Assembly: GCA_965649825.1 (NCBI GenBank) | Contig: OZ287708.1 | Span: 267,411-331,410 of the forward strand | Source of the DNA: Penicillus capitatus | Taxonomy: Eukaryota > Plantae > Chlorophyta | Reading direction: 5' to 3' | Length of the DNA stretch: 64,000 nucleotides | Part shown: positions 33,685 through 46,374 of the stretch, piece by piece | How positions within the stretch are numbered: position 1 is the stretch's first letter | Layout of the letters: each line of letters starts with the position of its first letter | Notes under the pieces: model-generated | Databases searched by the model: none | The model's input: only the letters and a program-made list of their open reading frames with translations | Told to the model about the DNA's origin: nothing | Translations under genes and position numbers: made by a program

Positions 33685-36600
33685 ATTGGATGTCTGTCTC
33701 TCTTTGTTACTGGATTCGCCTACAGCAGTGCATCCAATGCCATCGGAGTCATGAAATGACAGGTCGAGTGAAACTCTGTCAAGAACAGTGTATTAGGAAA
33801 GTTCTCTCGGCCACTGAGAACATCCTGATCACCCACCATCACACCTTCGGTCTCTCTGGCTGAAAAATGGACAGATGAGAAGGGAGAAAAGATATTGGTG
33901 AGAATGACCCAAACGTCAGGCGTTTCTACTTCTGCCTCGCCCGTTGCGCAGAGGCATCTGGCAATTGGTCCCTCTAATGAATGGATCCTGGGAGAGTTCA
34001 GCTTCTGAGTCGGATGGTCAGGAACCTGTTCCATTTCTTGAGAACCGAGAGGCATTTTGAGGCTCGACGATTGCCGTCTATGGGCTGCGATAAGATTCTC
34101 TAAGATGTGTTGACAGCAAGTGCGGGTGCTGTCGACAATCCTGTCATGAACCACACATGGGTTCCACCCATGTGGCCACGAGGAAGTCAGCGCCTTGAAG
34201 ACGTGACATCTGAAAGGACGTGCTTTTGACGGTTCACGTATGCAGCCTGAAGACTCGAGCGACTAGGCCATGTCCTACCCACACTATGCAACGTCGGCAT
34301 CTTCGCAGCGATCTTTTCATAGTACTTGCTCAGGCTCGCTGCAAATGGACTGTCAGCCGCTCTACGTCCTCTGTGGCAGTGATACCATGGCTTCCACCGA
34401 GAGAATCTAAACGCGGTCTTATCAATTGGATTTCGGTTACTGCCTCGAAGGCGACGGATAATGCCATGTATTTATTCTGAGGGCGCTCTTACATCCACTC
34501 ATATTACAGCGTATAAGGTTTTATTCTTTCGTCGACTCTCTCAAGAATTTTCGAAGCTTTCTCCGACGAACCGCTTGAACATGGCACTCATCAGAGGTGC
34601 ACGCAGCGCCCGCTTTGCGTGTTTGTTACTTACCCGTACTGCTTGCAGGCTTAGTCACCGCGTTGGCAATCCTTTGCATCACTGCGGCAGAAGCGGGCAG
34701 AACTCCTGTACAAGGGTCGCCGAATGCCACAGTATCCGATTGTTCGCCGCCTCCCACAGGAAACTGGCTCGTTGTACACAACCTTCCATCGGCGCCAAAA
34801 GAAAATACGCTGTTCGCACAAGCGCGTACGGTTCTGACCATCACGACGACAGCTATTCCAGGAGTCTACACAGGTAGAGTGTTTGCTGTCTCTATCGAGA
34901 CTCCGTATCAAGCTGTGTTTCTTTGCTGTTCAGGAATTGGCGGGGGGATTTTTGCGAATTCCCTAATTCCAGTCATTCCCGTTGGGTCTCCCCTGATCTA
35001 CTCAATGATCGGCATATTCAACGAAGAGCTCTGTGCCATAACGGGCACTCTGACTGACTCTATGGCTCCTGTCGTCGAATCATTTATTTGGTACTACGAT
35101 GGAGAGGCCACAATGACAGGACCCTATGTCACCCGCAACAACGGCACTCTGCCGTTCACAACACTCTCGCGACACGACCTCCAGTATATCGGCTCGTCCT
35201 GAGCATCAGCTCTGTCGATATATTCACAGTTCACCACTGTGTTTTCTGAATGGCTCAGCATTCTTTTAATGGTTTCCCTTTCGTGTATTTTAACTGGGCT
35301 ATGATGCTTCTTTCAATCTCCTTAGAGGTTGTCCCAGTGATTGTTTAAGAAAAAGTACTTTCAGAATGCGTCGGGTCCGCAGGAAGCTTCGCTCGCCGAA
35401 CTTGCGCGTTCGTTCTATGAGATGCGTCTGCTCAAGTGAGTGGACATGACGTCATCCGGCGTGACGCAGACTGTTCCATTCTTCGCCCAGTCTGCGAGCT
35501 CCCTCCCATGTACAGCGACCGTGAGTCCGCAGCGCGCAAGCGCGATCGCCCGCGCGGCGACGAACGCTTTCTCGACCGCGGAGATGCTCACAACCAGCGA
35601 CGCCGTGCCTACGAGCGCAAGAGTCGCATCTTCAAGCGTAATCGGGCGCGCGCCGTCCCTACGGCCGAGCAGCGCGTCGTTCAAATCCTTCTCGAACTCA
35701 ACAACGTATTCCCACCCTCGCCTTGGCCTCTGAAAGGGCGTCCTGCAGAAGAACCAAGACGTCAACGAGCAACGCCTCTCGGCACTCGTCCAGCAGCTGC
35801 AGGAGTTCATGGCCAGTCACAGAGAGACGGTAACGTCCAGCCCTCCTGTGGTACGTCGGCATCAATTTTCGTCACAACAGGTGCACGAATGCCTGGTGGA
35901 CTGTGTGGTCGAGCTGCCGTCGAGGACGCCCCATTACGCATCTCTGATAGGTCAGTTGCCCCACCCGGCTGCAATGAACCAACGATAGAGGGTCTTTCAG
36001 TTTCTTTGTGGCGCAACGGGCACCGCGAATGGGTGACGGGGTTGCTTGAGAGAATGAAGGCGGTGTTCTGCTCGGCCATGCAGGATTCCGACCGCATTCG
36101 ATCGCGGATGCTCTTGCGGTTCTTTGTGCATCTGGCCTCTGTCCAGGTGCTGGATGCAGTCTGCGTGCGGGCGCTGCTCAACCAGATAGTGGACTCAGCC
36201 ATGGCGATCACTCAGACTGCCGATGATGCGAGTGGACGTTCCTGGCAGCCCTACACGGACTTTATAGTCTACTCAACGCTCATCTCTCTTCCATGGGGCG
36301 CGTCAGCAGTCTTCGGCGCCGACTCTGACGAATGGAATGCCTTCTCGGCGAAGATCGACGCCTACATATCGCAGAGGCCTATCCAGAGGGACAGCTCCAC
36401 GAGTCCCTTTCTGGCGTCTCTCAAGGAGAACGATGTGGCCGCACAGTGAGAATGGACCGCATCTTGAAAAGTGATCCTCACGTGTGTGGGATGCAGGAGC
36501 GACAGCGGAGGACCCAGTTTCGTCGCGGAACTATGGTCCGCCATCAAAGATCTCCAGTCCATGAATCATTGGCAATGCAAATCCATTCCCTCTGTCCAGA

Positions 36601-38722
36601 CTCACCCACCAGAAAGCGTACGATTCCGTCAATCCCACTGCAGAACGGGACCTGTGTGTCCTTTGGTGTTCAGGTGGAGGGCGGGGCTCGGATGTCCATC
36701 GAGGGATTCGCGTTTCCAATCTTGCCTCCCGGTTGCTCGGATCAGATGTCCGTCGCTGAGCGCGCGGCAGAGATCTCCCGGCGCTATCCTCCGAGAGGCG
36801 GTATCCAGCTGCTGGAGGCGCAGCACACGCATCCGGACGCCCTGGACATTGACAAGGTCGTCGTCGAGGAGTACATCCTGGACACACTCCTCGTCTACAG
36901 GAACAGCCGAGTGGACTGCGTCGAGAGAATCGCCCAGGAGATCCCCTCTCCCTTCCCCGTCTGTCCCCTCGTAGCGCAGACGCTGTTCTCTCAACTCCTT
37001 CTGCTACCGAAGCCGCCCATGCAGCCAGTCACCTATGCCTCCGTCATTATCAACCTCTGCAAGGTTGCTGTTCGCTCCGTCTCCGCATTCTCAGTATGTC
37101 TGTCCTGTCTCTAAGGTGGGGGAGGATGCATGGAGTGTGTTTCCCCGAGGCCTCAGCGCCTGCGTGAGGGAGGTCTTTGCGCGTATGTCCGTTCTCGATC
37201 CGGAGTTGGCCCATCGGACGGCAGACTGGTTGTCCCTGCATCTGTCGAACTTGGGGTTTATGTGGCCCTGGGCCAAGTGGAGGAAAGTCGTTGATGCGCC
37301 ACCGTACAGCGCACAGAGACTCTTCGTCCAGCGCGTGCTGCAAGGACTTGTCGACCTCTCTTACCGCAAACTCGTGCAGACCGTAAGCATCGTGCTTCTT
37401 AAGACCATACGCAGACGCTTTGATGGTAGAACCTCTCTCCTCCCGAGTTCCATGCTCTGTTGCCGCCTGAGCCAGACGCCAGGCCTTTCGCCTTGATGTT
37501 CGGCGCCACATCTGTCCCGCGGGAGAGGGATGAGGATCAGATGGAGGTGGAGGATGCGGCGGCAGATCGGGAGGCACCGTCTCCAGAGACGGCCAAGCTA
37601 CATCGTCTGGGAGAGATGGTCTCTTCGAAGGAGTCTGCTGAGGCCATCCGGGACGCCTTCGACGCGGAGTTCTCCAGTCCTCCTGATCAAGCGACCTCTT
37701 TTGCGGAGGCAAGGACGCCAGAATCAGCGACGGCAAATTGAATCTGTTCTGCTACAGGCGCTGTGTCGGATACTGCTGCTGTGCGGCGACAGGAACGTGA
37801 CACACACGTCGATGATCCTGACGCGCTACCGGCCGCTGCTGGCGGAGATCGCTGGCCACGTCGGTGGTCGAAGCGAGGAGATCTGGGTTGATGCGGTCAT
37901 GGACGTCTGGAGCACGTCCATCCACAGAGCCTCGCTGGTGCTCACCCTGCTCATGAGGGAAGAGATGCTCCAGGCGACCACCGTCGTCCAATGGTCTCTC
38001 CAACACATTCGGCAGGACCCACAGCGAGAGGACCGTTGCGTGGCGCAGTGGTTGGACGTTCTGCAGTGCGGGTTGTCGTTCGGAGAGTCCTGCGTCAAGG
38101 AGGCCGAGAGCGAGAGAGCGGCGGCCATGGTGCGCGTGAGGCATGCGAGGGAGAGCGCCCAGGACGCTGCCGCCCGGGCGGCCGAGGCAGCTGAGTGTCT
38201 CGAGTCCGGGGCGACGGAGAGTGTGCAGGACACGATCGACGCCATCAACGATGCGAACGTCGCCGAGGAGAAGGCGAGGGTGGAGGTCACCGACGCCGAG
38301 ACGCATCTGCGGGAGACGCAGGACAGCGGAATCAACGACGCGCTCAGTCGCTTTCAGGCGGTGTTCATGACGGTAGTGCCGCAGCGTCGTAGTCTCGATG
38401 ACAGGATGCCGTTTCCTAGATGTTCGAGGGCTTTCTGGATCTGCTGAGGGAGAAGCCTGAGCTTCTCGCAGACGAAGCAGCGTCGACGGATGCGTGCAGA
38501 GTCTACTACCGCACCCTCTCTCGACTTGGCGCCTTCTGCCGATCTTACGCCGATCGAATCGTGAGGGTGCTCGACGAAGTGGAGCGAGCGTTGGATGCCA
38601 AACAAGCGAACGAGACAGTCAAGAAGGTGGTGTGGGGCAGCTTGCGTCTCGGAAGAGGCCACTTCAGCTCGGAATCCGTCTACGATGCCGCTTACTTTGT
38701 CAAAAGAAGAGACCCGCAAGCT
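33685..38722. repeat. Left arm of inverted segmental duplication
   Basis: 33685-~36330 is the reverse complement of ~54040-56688. ~37525-38722 matches ~51978-52565 with deletions. Confidence 0.93.
34581..35202 (+). CDS. Unknown secreted protein, copy 1 (exons 34581-34596, 34649-35202; 189 aa)
   Basis: Signal-like MALIRGLVTALAILCITAAEA after removing a 52-nt GT-AG intron. The ORF is intact and conserved with copy 2. Confidence 0.75.
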
Positions 38723-38758
38723 GTTCGATTGTCGGAGACATCGGTGGATGCCTCTTGA
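35508..38758 (+). CDS. NCBP1: Nuclear cap-binding protein subunit 1 (CBP80), multi-exon
   Basis: Motifs VELPSRTPHYASLIG, RSRMLLRF, WQPYTDFIVYSTLISLPW, VEEYILDTL, TYASVIINLCK, RTADWLSLHLSNLGFMWPWAKW and LVDLSY. Confidence 0.9.
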
Positions 38759-39272
38759 GTCGCCAACTTCATAGATACGAGACTCTTGTCGAACCTTGGA
38801 AGAGGAACAGATCTCTCTCTTATAAACGTTGCGAGTTCGTCGTTATCCTCTCGACTGTCGAAAGAGCGCCCAACGTTAGTCGTTGTCTCTACGCAAATGA
38901 AGCGCCATCGTAAAACGAAAGGTTGGCAGTTCTTTGTATCTGTCGGTTTCCACTCTTACTGCGATGCATACTGGTTATTTATTACGTTCAAATGGCGTTT
39001 GAGTTTACAAGTATCATGTCCTCTTCAAAGAGAAATCTAAACAGTTCAGGCAGGGAGTTGTGTACAGAGCACCTAAAGATACTGTTTAACTTAGATCGCC
39101 ATACGGACGGGTACTTTAAACCGAAATAAATGGCGACGGTCTTTATGGGGTAGATGACTGATATACGTTTCTCTTATAGTGGAAGTAAGGAACTTATCCC
39201 GACTTTGGAAATGTCTTTTCGCCTTTCTGTCACGAACATCTTACTTTTTTCGCGTTTGGACGGATAGCTCAA

Positions 39273-39965
39273 TTGGCCCTTAATTTCGAAACGTCAATAA
39301 TCAAACGCATTTGCGTTCGCGTCGAATTCGGGTTAGACGTGGACGATCCGATTGCTGAAGTCATGGGCTCCGATCATTTTACGCAAGAAGAGATCGATCG
39401 TATAAGGAGAGGAGAGTTTCACGGTTTGGCTGACGCAGCACGTCTGATGCAGAAAACACAACCCGGCCGCCCCAAAGTTGTTGGAAGATGGGACTGGCAT
39501 GTCTGGATGTTTATCGTGACGACTTGCCTCCCGTGCTTTGGTCTCTACTGCTTGACAATGTGGGTTCGAGCAGGACTTTGGAAAAAACACGAAAAACGAG
39601 AAGCCATGGAAAAACAGAAACCACCCTCACCTTCTTCAGCTGCACCCTCACGTTCACAGATCTCTGCTCTGGAGCAGGAGATACAGAAAATGAAGATGCT
39701 GCTCCTGGCAAATGGGAAAGGCCTGCCTAGACTGTCTCCCGAATCGTGGCAACGGATTTTTGAGAGCGGAAAAGTGAAGGAGACAGAGCCGAGTGAAAAG
39801 CCTCTTGCGTCTAACAGCGGCAAAGGGCAAAGCAATCTCAAATTCTCTGACAGAGTGTGGAATTCAGTGAAGCCTTGGTTGCCCTTCTATGTCGAGCCTT
39901 ATTTCAAGAAGAGGGAGGGACCTCCTCCTAAGACAGATTTTACAACCATCGTGAAAGACGTCTGA
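39273..39965 (+). CDS. Hypothetical single-TM protein with coiled coil (start uncertain)
   Basis: 230-aa ORF with the hydrophobic stretch WHVWMFIVTTCLPCFGLYCLTMW followed by a charged helical segment. Confidence 0.55.
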   Translation: MALNFETSIIKRICVRVEFGLDVDDPIAEVMGSDHFTQEEIDRIRRGEFHGLADAARLMQKTQPGRPKVVGRWDWHVWMFIVTTCLPCFGLYCLTMWVRAGLWKKHEKREAMEKQKPPSPSSAAPSRSQISALEQEIQKMKMLLLANGKGLPRLSPESWQRIFESGKVKETEPSEKPLASNSGKGQSNLKFSDRVWNSVKPWLPFYVEPYFKKREGPPPKTDFTTIVKDV

Positions 39966-40024
39966 CCATTAATCCTTGCAAAGTGCTTTTTTTATCTATA
40001 GACGGATTGCCACTTCACTCACAG

Positions 40025-40808
40025 TCAGTCATCAAAATCCGAGTCTTCATCTGAAGCCGTCTTTTGGAATGCCAAGCCCTTCGTCACGGACGACTTCATG
40101 ACGGCGCTTGGCGCCGGCACCTCATCGGCAAACAGCAACTCGCTCCTGCGACGATGACATAGAACGCGTCTTTCATGTTAGATAGAGTCAGGTGGACTTG
40201 ATGAGACGTTCTTCCAATGTCTTAGTGCCGAAATCGTCGCGCCCTCCCAGTTCATCAAATCCCACCACATAGTCATCCACTTTCCCATTCTTGATGAGTG
40301 CCAACGTTGGCAGGACGACAATTCGCAGCCGCTCCGTCAAGAACGGCGATTTCTCAGCATGGACCTACGAACTCGATTTCTCCCCATGATGCCGAGCTCT
40401 TTCGCCATCCTACCTTGACAAACCTGGTCTCGATGTGCTGACGACTCAAAAGATCCAAGTGCTTATCCATTACCTTCACGACGGCATTCTTGTCCTCTCC
40501 ATAAAGGACATTGGATATTTGGTGCCTACCTTACATGGCCAGTTCTCCCTATAGAAATGACAGACGACGCGTTCCGACGCCTTGACCTCTTTGAAGAAGT
40601 CTTGCTCGCCGATGTCTTGGTATTCGCCATGTCCTGCTCGCATCCATTCCTCCTTCTTCGCAGCACGCTTCTTCAGTTCTTCCACCCTCTGTTTGCGAAT
40701 AGACTGGAGTTCCTTTTCGGTCAGGTTATCGAGTTTAGAGATTTCGTCGTCGACTTTGTCTTCAAGTTGTTTCGCGACCGACAAGACTGTTTGCTGGAGA
40801 GAGTCCAT
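40025..40808 (-). CDS. TXNDC9: Phosducin-like protein 3 / TXNDC9, spliced
   Basis: Motifs QLEDKVDDEI, GHGEYQDI, RVVCHFYR, AEKSPFLTERL and VVGFDELGGRDDF, plus an acidic tail. Confidence 0.9.
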
Positions 40809-40903
40809 GACAATCCGTCACAACAAATGAAGTGTATGACGCGCTTTTCTGTTTCGCATCAATCTCCGCCGTCTTTTCTCTCAGTTCGGTCCTCTACGGT
40901 ACC

Positions 40904-42128
40904 ATGGTAAAGTCTGCCCTATGTGTCGTCGACGCGTCGGATGCGCTGTGGCTGTCAGTTTGGCAAGGCCGGATTGTTGGGCATCGGTGCCCTAAATTGT
41001 CGCGTGGATTTAACTTTCAAGAGCACCGATAATCAACCTTTCCGAAAAGCCAAGATAAGAGCGAAGGGAGATGACCCGAACGCCACAGAAGAGCTACCGC
41101 TTTACAGCTCGAAGGATACCATTATGGGAGAGGTATGGCAATTTTGTGACCGGACGGCGGCAAAAGGCCGTTGCTCTCAGGTTCGTGTCTCGCCGCAACC
41201 GGGACGGAAAGTCGATCACCTGGGTATCACGGTGCAACTCATCGGTCAAATCGAACTTGCGGCGGAGAGAGGACGATTCTACGATTTTCTTTCCATGAGT
41301 AAGTCCCAATCTTTTCATCATCAGTCGGAAACATCCCTGACGCTATTTTGGACGACAGCTCGAGAGTTGATCCCTCCTGGCGAACTGAGCATGATCGAAA
41401 ATCAGACATTCGATTTCAGCAACGTCGAGATGCAATACGACTCCTATCGTGGAAAACAGGCCCGTTGCCGGTATCGACAGTTTGAAAGATATCGTCGCGG
41501 GGAGGAACCGCATGGGTTATGGTTTAGGTATCTATTGCGCGTGACCATTCGTGGCAAGGGTCTGCAACAGAACTGCGTCAAAGATTTTCCGTTTTGGGTA
41601 CGGAACTATGAAGTCTCTGCGGCAGATGATCTACAGAACATCAAGATGGAAGTCGGCATCGAGGAATGCTTGCACATTGAATTCGAGTACAAACGCAGCT
41701 GGTATCATCTCAAAGATATGGTGGAAGGTCACATCAATTTTCTCCTGGTCCGCATCAAACTCAAGTACATGGAGATTGAACTGAGACGCCGCGAAACAGC
41801 CCGTGTCGGTTCCAATCCCCACAACGAATCCGAAATCATTGGAAAGTATGAGATTATGGACGGTGCTCCTGTCCGCAGCGAAACCGTTCCCATCAGGTGT
41901 GACCTGTCATGCATCTATCACACTTCCAGCCAATACAATGTACTGTGCAGAATGTACTTAACACCTTATGATCTCACACCTACCTACGAGAATGTGCACA
42001 ACAAGTTCAGCGTGAAATATTTTCTGAATTTGGTGCTCGTGGATGAGGAGGATCGCCGATACTTTAAGCAGCAAGAGATTCGACTCTATCGAAAGAAAGA
42101 GGACGAGAAAAAAGCATCTGAGGAGTAA
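40904..42128 (+). CDS. VPS26: Retromer subunit VPS26 (first exon appears to be the ATG only)
   Basis: Motifs HLGITVQLIGQIEL, FDFSNVEMQYDSYRG, IKMEVGIEECLHIEFEY, YEIMDGAPVRSE and YFLNLVLVDEEDRRYFKQQEI. Confidence 0.95.
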
Positions 42129-42194
42129 TACTGATGATGTCCCAGATGAACGCATTTTCATCCTTCTTCGCTGCATTCTAAGACGTTTGCGTGA

Positions 42195-42869
42195 ATGGGT
42201 CGTCTAGCCGTGCGGCAAATTCTGCGCGTGCCGAAGTACATCGGCGAAATGGTCGTGATTCGGAGTCAGGATCAACTAACACCGGAAGACTCGCGCACCT
42301 CATCGCGGTTCGGCAGTCCATTTGAACTCAATCTCAGTGGCTGGTCACGATTCGTCCCAAAGCCAACGCTGCGCGAACTGGTGGAAGGGCCGCTATCGCC
42401 GAACCCACTCAGCGATGAAGACGCTAAGGCATCGCGCTTCGGTCGCGTCGGATCTCCCCATAGGATCGATCTGCAACGCGCTAGACGTCGAGCGAAGTAC
42501 TTCACGCACATCACGACGATGACGGGCGGCCTGTTCGCTAACTGGAAGCAGTTGTCCAAGACAGTCGTCGTCTATCGCGATTTTCTGCACAATCGTATGG
42601 AGTACGAGCTGGAACGCAAGCCAAGGGTTCCCATCGAGATCACGCATGCCAACAATGCCGTACAACGCCGTGCCTTCGCGGCGTCTCGAGTAGAGACTGA
42701 GAAAGACGACTCGACGTCACAGGACAGTCAAGCAACGCACAGGGCGGAGTCGTTGCGTCTCATGCGTCTGCACAACCGTCTGCATGGGATGATCGACGAG
42801 ACAAAGGTCATATCAAAGAAACGGTTTTCTGATATGAACCGAATCCTTCAGAAATTTCCTCTAGTTTGA
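42195..42869 (+). CDS. Hypothetical protein
   Basis: 224-aa ATG-initiated ORF in a gene-dense context; no family recognised. Confidence 0.5.
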   Translation: MGRLAVRQILRVPKYIGEMVVIRSQDQLTPEDSRTSSRFGSPFELNLSGWSRFVPKPTLRELVEGPLSPNPLSDEDAKASRFGRVGSPHRIDLQRARRRAKYFTHITTMTGGLFANWKQLSKTVVVYRDFLHNRMEYELERKPRVPIEITHANNAVQRRAFAASRVETEKDDSTSQDSQATHRAESLRLMRLHNRLHGMIDETKVISKKRFSDMNRILQKFPLV

Positions 42870-42873
42870 TAGA

Positions 42874-43269
42874 ATGGCCAAAAAGCGATTGGTTCGTATA
42901 CAAAGCAATCACGCTGCGGAGATTCGACGCGAACGGGAACAGCAACGGCGAGAGGCAGAACGTCGCCGTCGTCGCGAAGCAAGAGGACACGTCGAGAAGA
43001 GACAAAAACGCGTTGTCTTACGTTACCGACGGCACATGCGCATCAATGGCGTCGTGGCGAAGAACAAGCGTCATGCGAAGGAGCTCTTCTATGAAAGACT
43101 TGAGAAACGTGGTCGAGAAATGGAGTGGGAAGCACCCGATGAGAGCCGGCCCAAAAAGAGACGCCTCGTGGAGAAGCAGCTGCCGGGTGACGAGACGAAG
43201 CTAGTGGCGGTGACAACGCTCACAGATGGGGCTGAGCGATTTGATCATTTGAACGCAAGTCGTATGTAA
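42874..43269 (+). CDS. Hypothetical small Arg/Lys/Glu-rich protein
   Basis: 131-aa ATG ORF, highly charged, starting 4 nt after the previous stop. Confidence 0.45.
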   Translation: MAKKRLVRIQSNHAAEIRREREQQRREAERRRRREARGHVEKRQKRVVLRYRRHMRINGVVAKNKRHAKELFYERLEKRGREMEWEAPDESRPKKRRLVEKQLPGDETKLVAVTTLTDGAERFDHLNASRM

Positions 43270-44010
43270 AGAAGACTTCCATCCACTGACCCGCGCACAG
43301 TTAACTAAGTAGAAGGAAAGCTTCTGGGGGATGTCATTCCGCTGCTAATATTTGTACAAACGACATTATCCATTTCGACATTGCGAAGATGCCAGCGATT
43401 GACGTTATGTGTCGGTCCACGAAGTACGCGAACCGGAGTCGCCATCGAGACGTCTGATCGCTGTCTCGAGACATTCCACTCGAAGAAGATCTGAAGGAAG
43501 GCAACGAGAAATGTACAGACACTACTTACTGGACGCCCTCTCTCTCGTTTTCGTTGTCGAATCATGATCCATGGCACAACACGATCTTGTCCATAACGTT
43601 TCTTTCGAGGATGTGCATTTACATAGAGAAGATGCTGTCGCAGAGACCTCCAGCTTTACAGGGATGTTTGCCGTCGACATCCTTTGATTCGATTGCACAT
43701 GTGTAAGCGCGCCAGCGCTATGGCAGCGAGCTCGAATGCGTGTTTCACAGCCCTCTGTTTGAATGGGTTTCGAAGATCGGTTACCGAAGTGCCGGTTTTG
43801 ACAGAACAGAGTTACGGAAATTGATGTAGCCAGTTAGTTCCTTTTTAACTGTGTGTCTTAGGCGATGGCACTGTCCAGAATCTCGCCGAAGTGACCAAAA
43901 CCAAATTCACGATAGTGGCTGCCTTGGGTACTGTATGGAAAGCATCGGAAGCTGTCGAGCTCATCGCTGAAGGATGCGATGAGCTGAACGACAAGAACGA
44001 AGAGCTGATG

Positions 44011-45456
44011 TTACGCGTCTTTGCTAACCGCATCTTTGTTCATGTACCCGATGGCCGTTTTCTTGGCCGTGGCTTTTAGAACGGCTTTCGTTCCTAATCT
44101 CGATGACTGAACAAAGGCATTGGTCGAGTGACCCACCGCTTCCATGCCATCTTTGGCCACCTGACCCGCCTCAGTGCCATACCTAAGAGAGGGAACGGTA
44201 TTATGTGGTGCTTAAGTACTGTTAGGTTGACGCCACTTGTGAGTGATCACTTCTCCGGCTGCATCTGCCGTTTTCTGGGAAACGACAATTGCTGCCTCTA
44301 CCATTCCTTCGTAGATCTCCGCTGCAGAGATAACGACGGCTGCGGCCACACGTTTCACTTTGCTGCTTGTTTTCTGCGGATCACCAATCTTTGCATTCCC
44401 TGAATTGCTCACATCTCTGTATGCAAGGATGGGCGATGCATTAAGCATACCAACAATGGTGTCCGCTGCCTTAGCTGTGAAGACAGAAACAGCTTCGACG
44501 GCTGCACTAGTCAATCCCGAGGCCATTTTTGCTGCTTCCTTTACCCTCTGCACACTGAACGGCAACAAAGTGCGTATCGAATGGAGTGCATGGTTTCGAG
44601 ATGTTGATCATCAACCGTTGCTTAGTCTTTTCGCTGATGGGTTTTGGCTCTTCGCAAGATTTGCTTCGCCTTTTTATGCTCTCGGCTCCTTTCAGCAGTG
44701 CATCGCCGACGTAATTGGCAGCTGTCGACATTCCTTTGACAGCACCTGTCGTTGCCTTTCCGATGCCATCGACCAGCTAAAAGGCATCTGGCATCTCGTT
44801 CGATGCTCAAAATCCATACAGGACGCTTACCCGATCCGTACGGGATGGCAGCTCCTCCTTTGCAACTTCGAACGTTGTGAAAGCCTGTAATGTTGCTTCC
44901 AGTACCAAGACATCTTCATGACGTGCGTCTAAACATCCAGTTACGATAGAAGAGCGCATGAGTGGTGCATAAATTCACCTTGAGGTATGTTGAGGTAGTA
45001 GAACAGCGAGTTTTGAGGATCGATAGCAAAGACGTAGGAGGTCTCTGAAGCTTTCAGACAATGCATAGCAGAATTTAATCTCCATGAGATGCGTTCAACC
45101 TATTCCTTGCTCAGCAATGGACAGTTTGAAGAGAATGAAAGCGCACATTCGAGGTGACCACCACATTGTCGCGTGTGATGTGCCAATCGCCCGTCACCAG
45201 AAGCTCTTGAATGTTGGCCTCCACCTGCGAGCTTGTGTGACGTCGTGAGAGGCAACACTCGACGATGCTTCCCGTCTACCTTCCATAGTTCGACGCTCGG
45301 TAGCGTCACAACAGTTTCGACAGGCTGCAATTCTGTTGACGACAGCATGTTGTGAAGCGTTGTCGATTCGTACATCAATGATGTCTTGATGTTCAACATG
45401 AAATTGCGGCGTGGATGTGACAGCTCGCCAGTCTCCCATGTTTGGTGCATGCCCAA
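44011..45456 (-). CDS. Senescence/spartin-associated domain protein (ERD7-like); 5' end uncertain
   Basis: Ala/Val-rich amphipathic helices (AKMASGLTSAAVEAV..., SAAEIYEGMVEAA...TADAAGEVITHK, VLKATAKKTA) and an N-terminal LPSVELWKVDG/LLVTGD segment. Confidence 0.65.
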
Positions 45457-45789
45457 AGGTATGTGTCAAATGCAATGTCCATGTTATATGGACACGATGT
45501 CACCCACAAGGATTGATTGAGTATTCGATCGGGCGATCATAAACGCCAAAAACCGCTGGCTTCGTTGTTCTGCCAATAATAGTGACGCTGCCTCAAAGAC
45601 CACTTGAAAAGCTTCGTCAATCGTTTCCGCAGGGGTTGGGAGCTTTGCGCGTAGAGTTTAGGCGGGACGTTTTTTGTCGGTCCATTATCGATGAGACTTC
45701 ACCGGATGCTTCTTCTATCCCAGAAACGCAGTAAACGAGTTCAATCTCATACCCCTATCGTCGTTTGCCAACGATCGATTGCTAGTCGA

Positions 45790-45915
45790 TGACTTCGATT
45801 GTACGCTACCATACTTCGACGATCCTAGCGTTGCAATCGATCGGCCTCCAACGACTTCGATTGTACGCTACCACGTTGCAATCGATCGGCCTCCGACGAC
45901 TTCGATTGTACTCTA
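45790..45915. repeat. Short imperfect tandem repeat (44-64-bp units x~3)
   Basis: GACTTCGATTGTAC recurs at ~45790, ~45854 and ~45898. Confidence 0.8.
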
Positions 45916-46374
45916 CTGTAGTACGGGGTGGGCGCCACAACTATTGGGATAAGGCTCGATACGATCAATTGGCTTCGATCGCGTCGATCGGCTGTTGCAA
46001 GTTGACATTAAATCGCTCTTCCGTTGTGACGATGTCAGTCGCTCGTCAACAGATCTTTCGTAATTACAGCACGTTACAAACGTGTCCATCACGACCAACG
46101 CAATCCAGATCTTCGATGCACGTGGCCTCATCTGTCTCCCTTTAAAAACATAATAGACTTGTTACACAAGGCTTCTTATCATGGTATACTCTAAATGTGT
46201 GGCCTTTAATGTTTAGATGACTCTGTTCCTCTTCGAAACCTTTTTAAATGGCGATAAAGAACGGAAGTTCTTTACAAGGTCGAATGTCGCCAAGCACGTG
46301 CGGTACGCGCACCGTGACTACAGACATGTTGTCGTTACCATTGTCTCGTCATCAGCCGAGAACGGTTTTCGACG

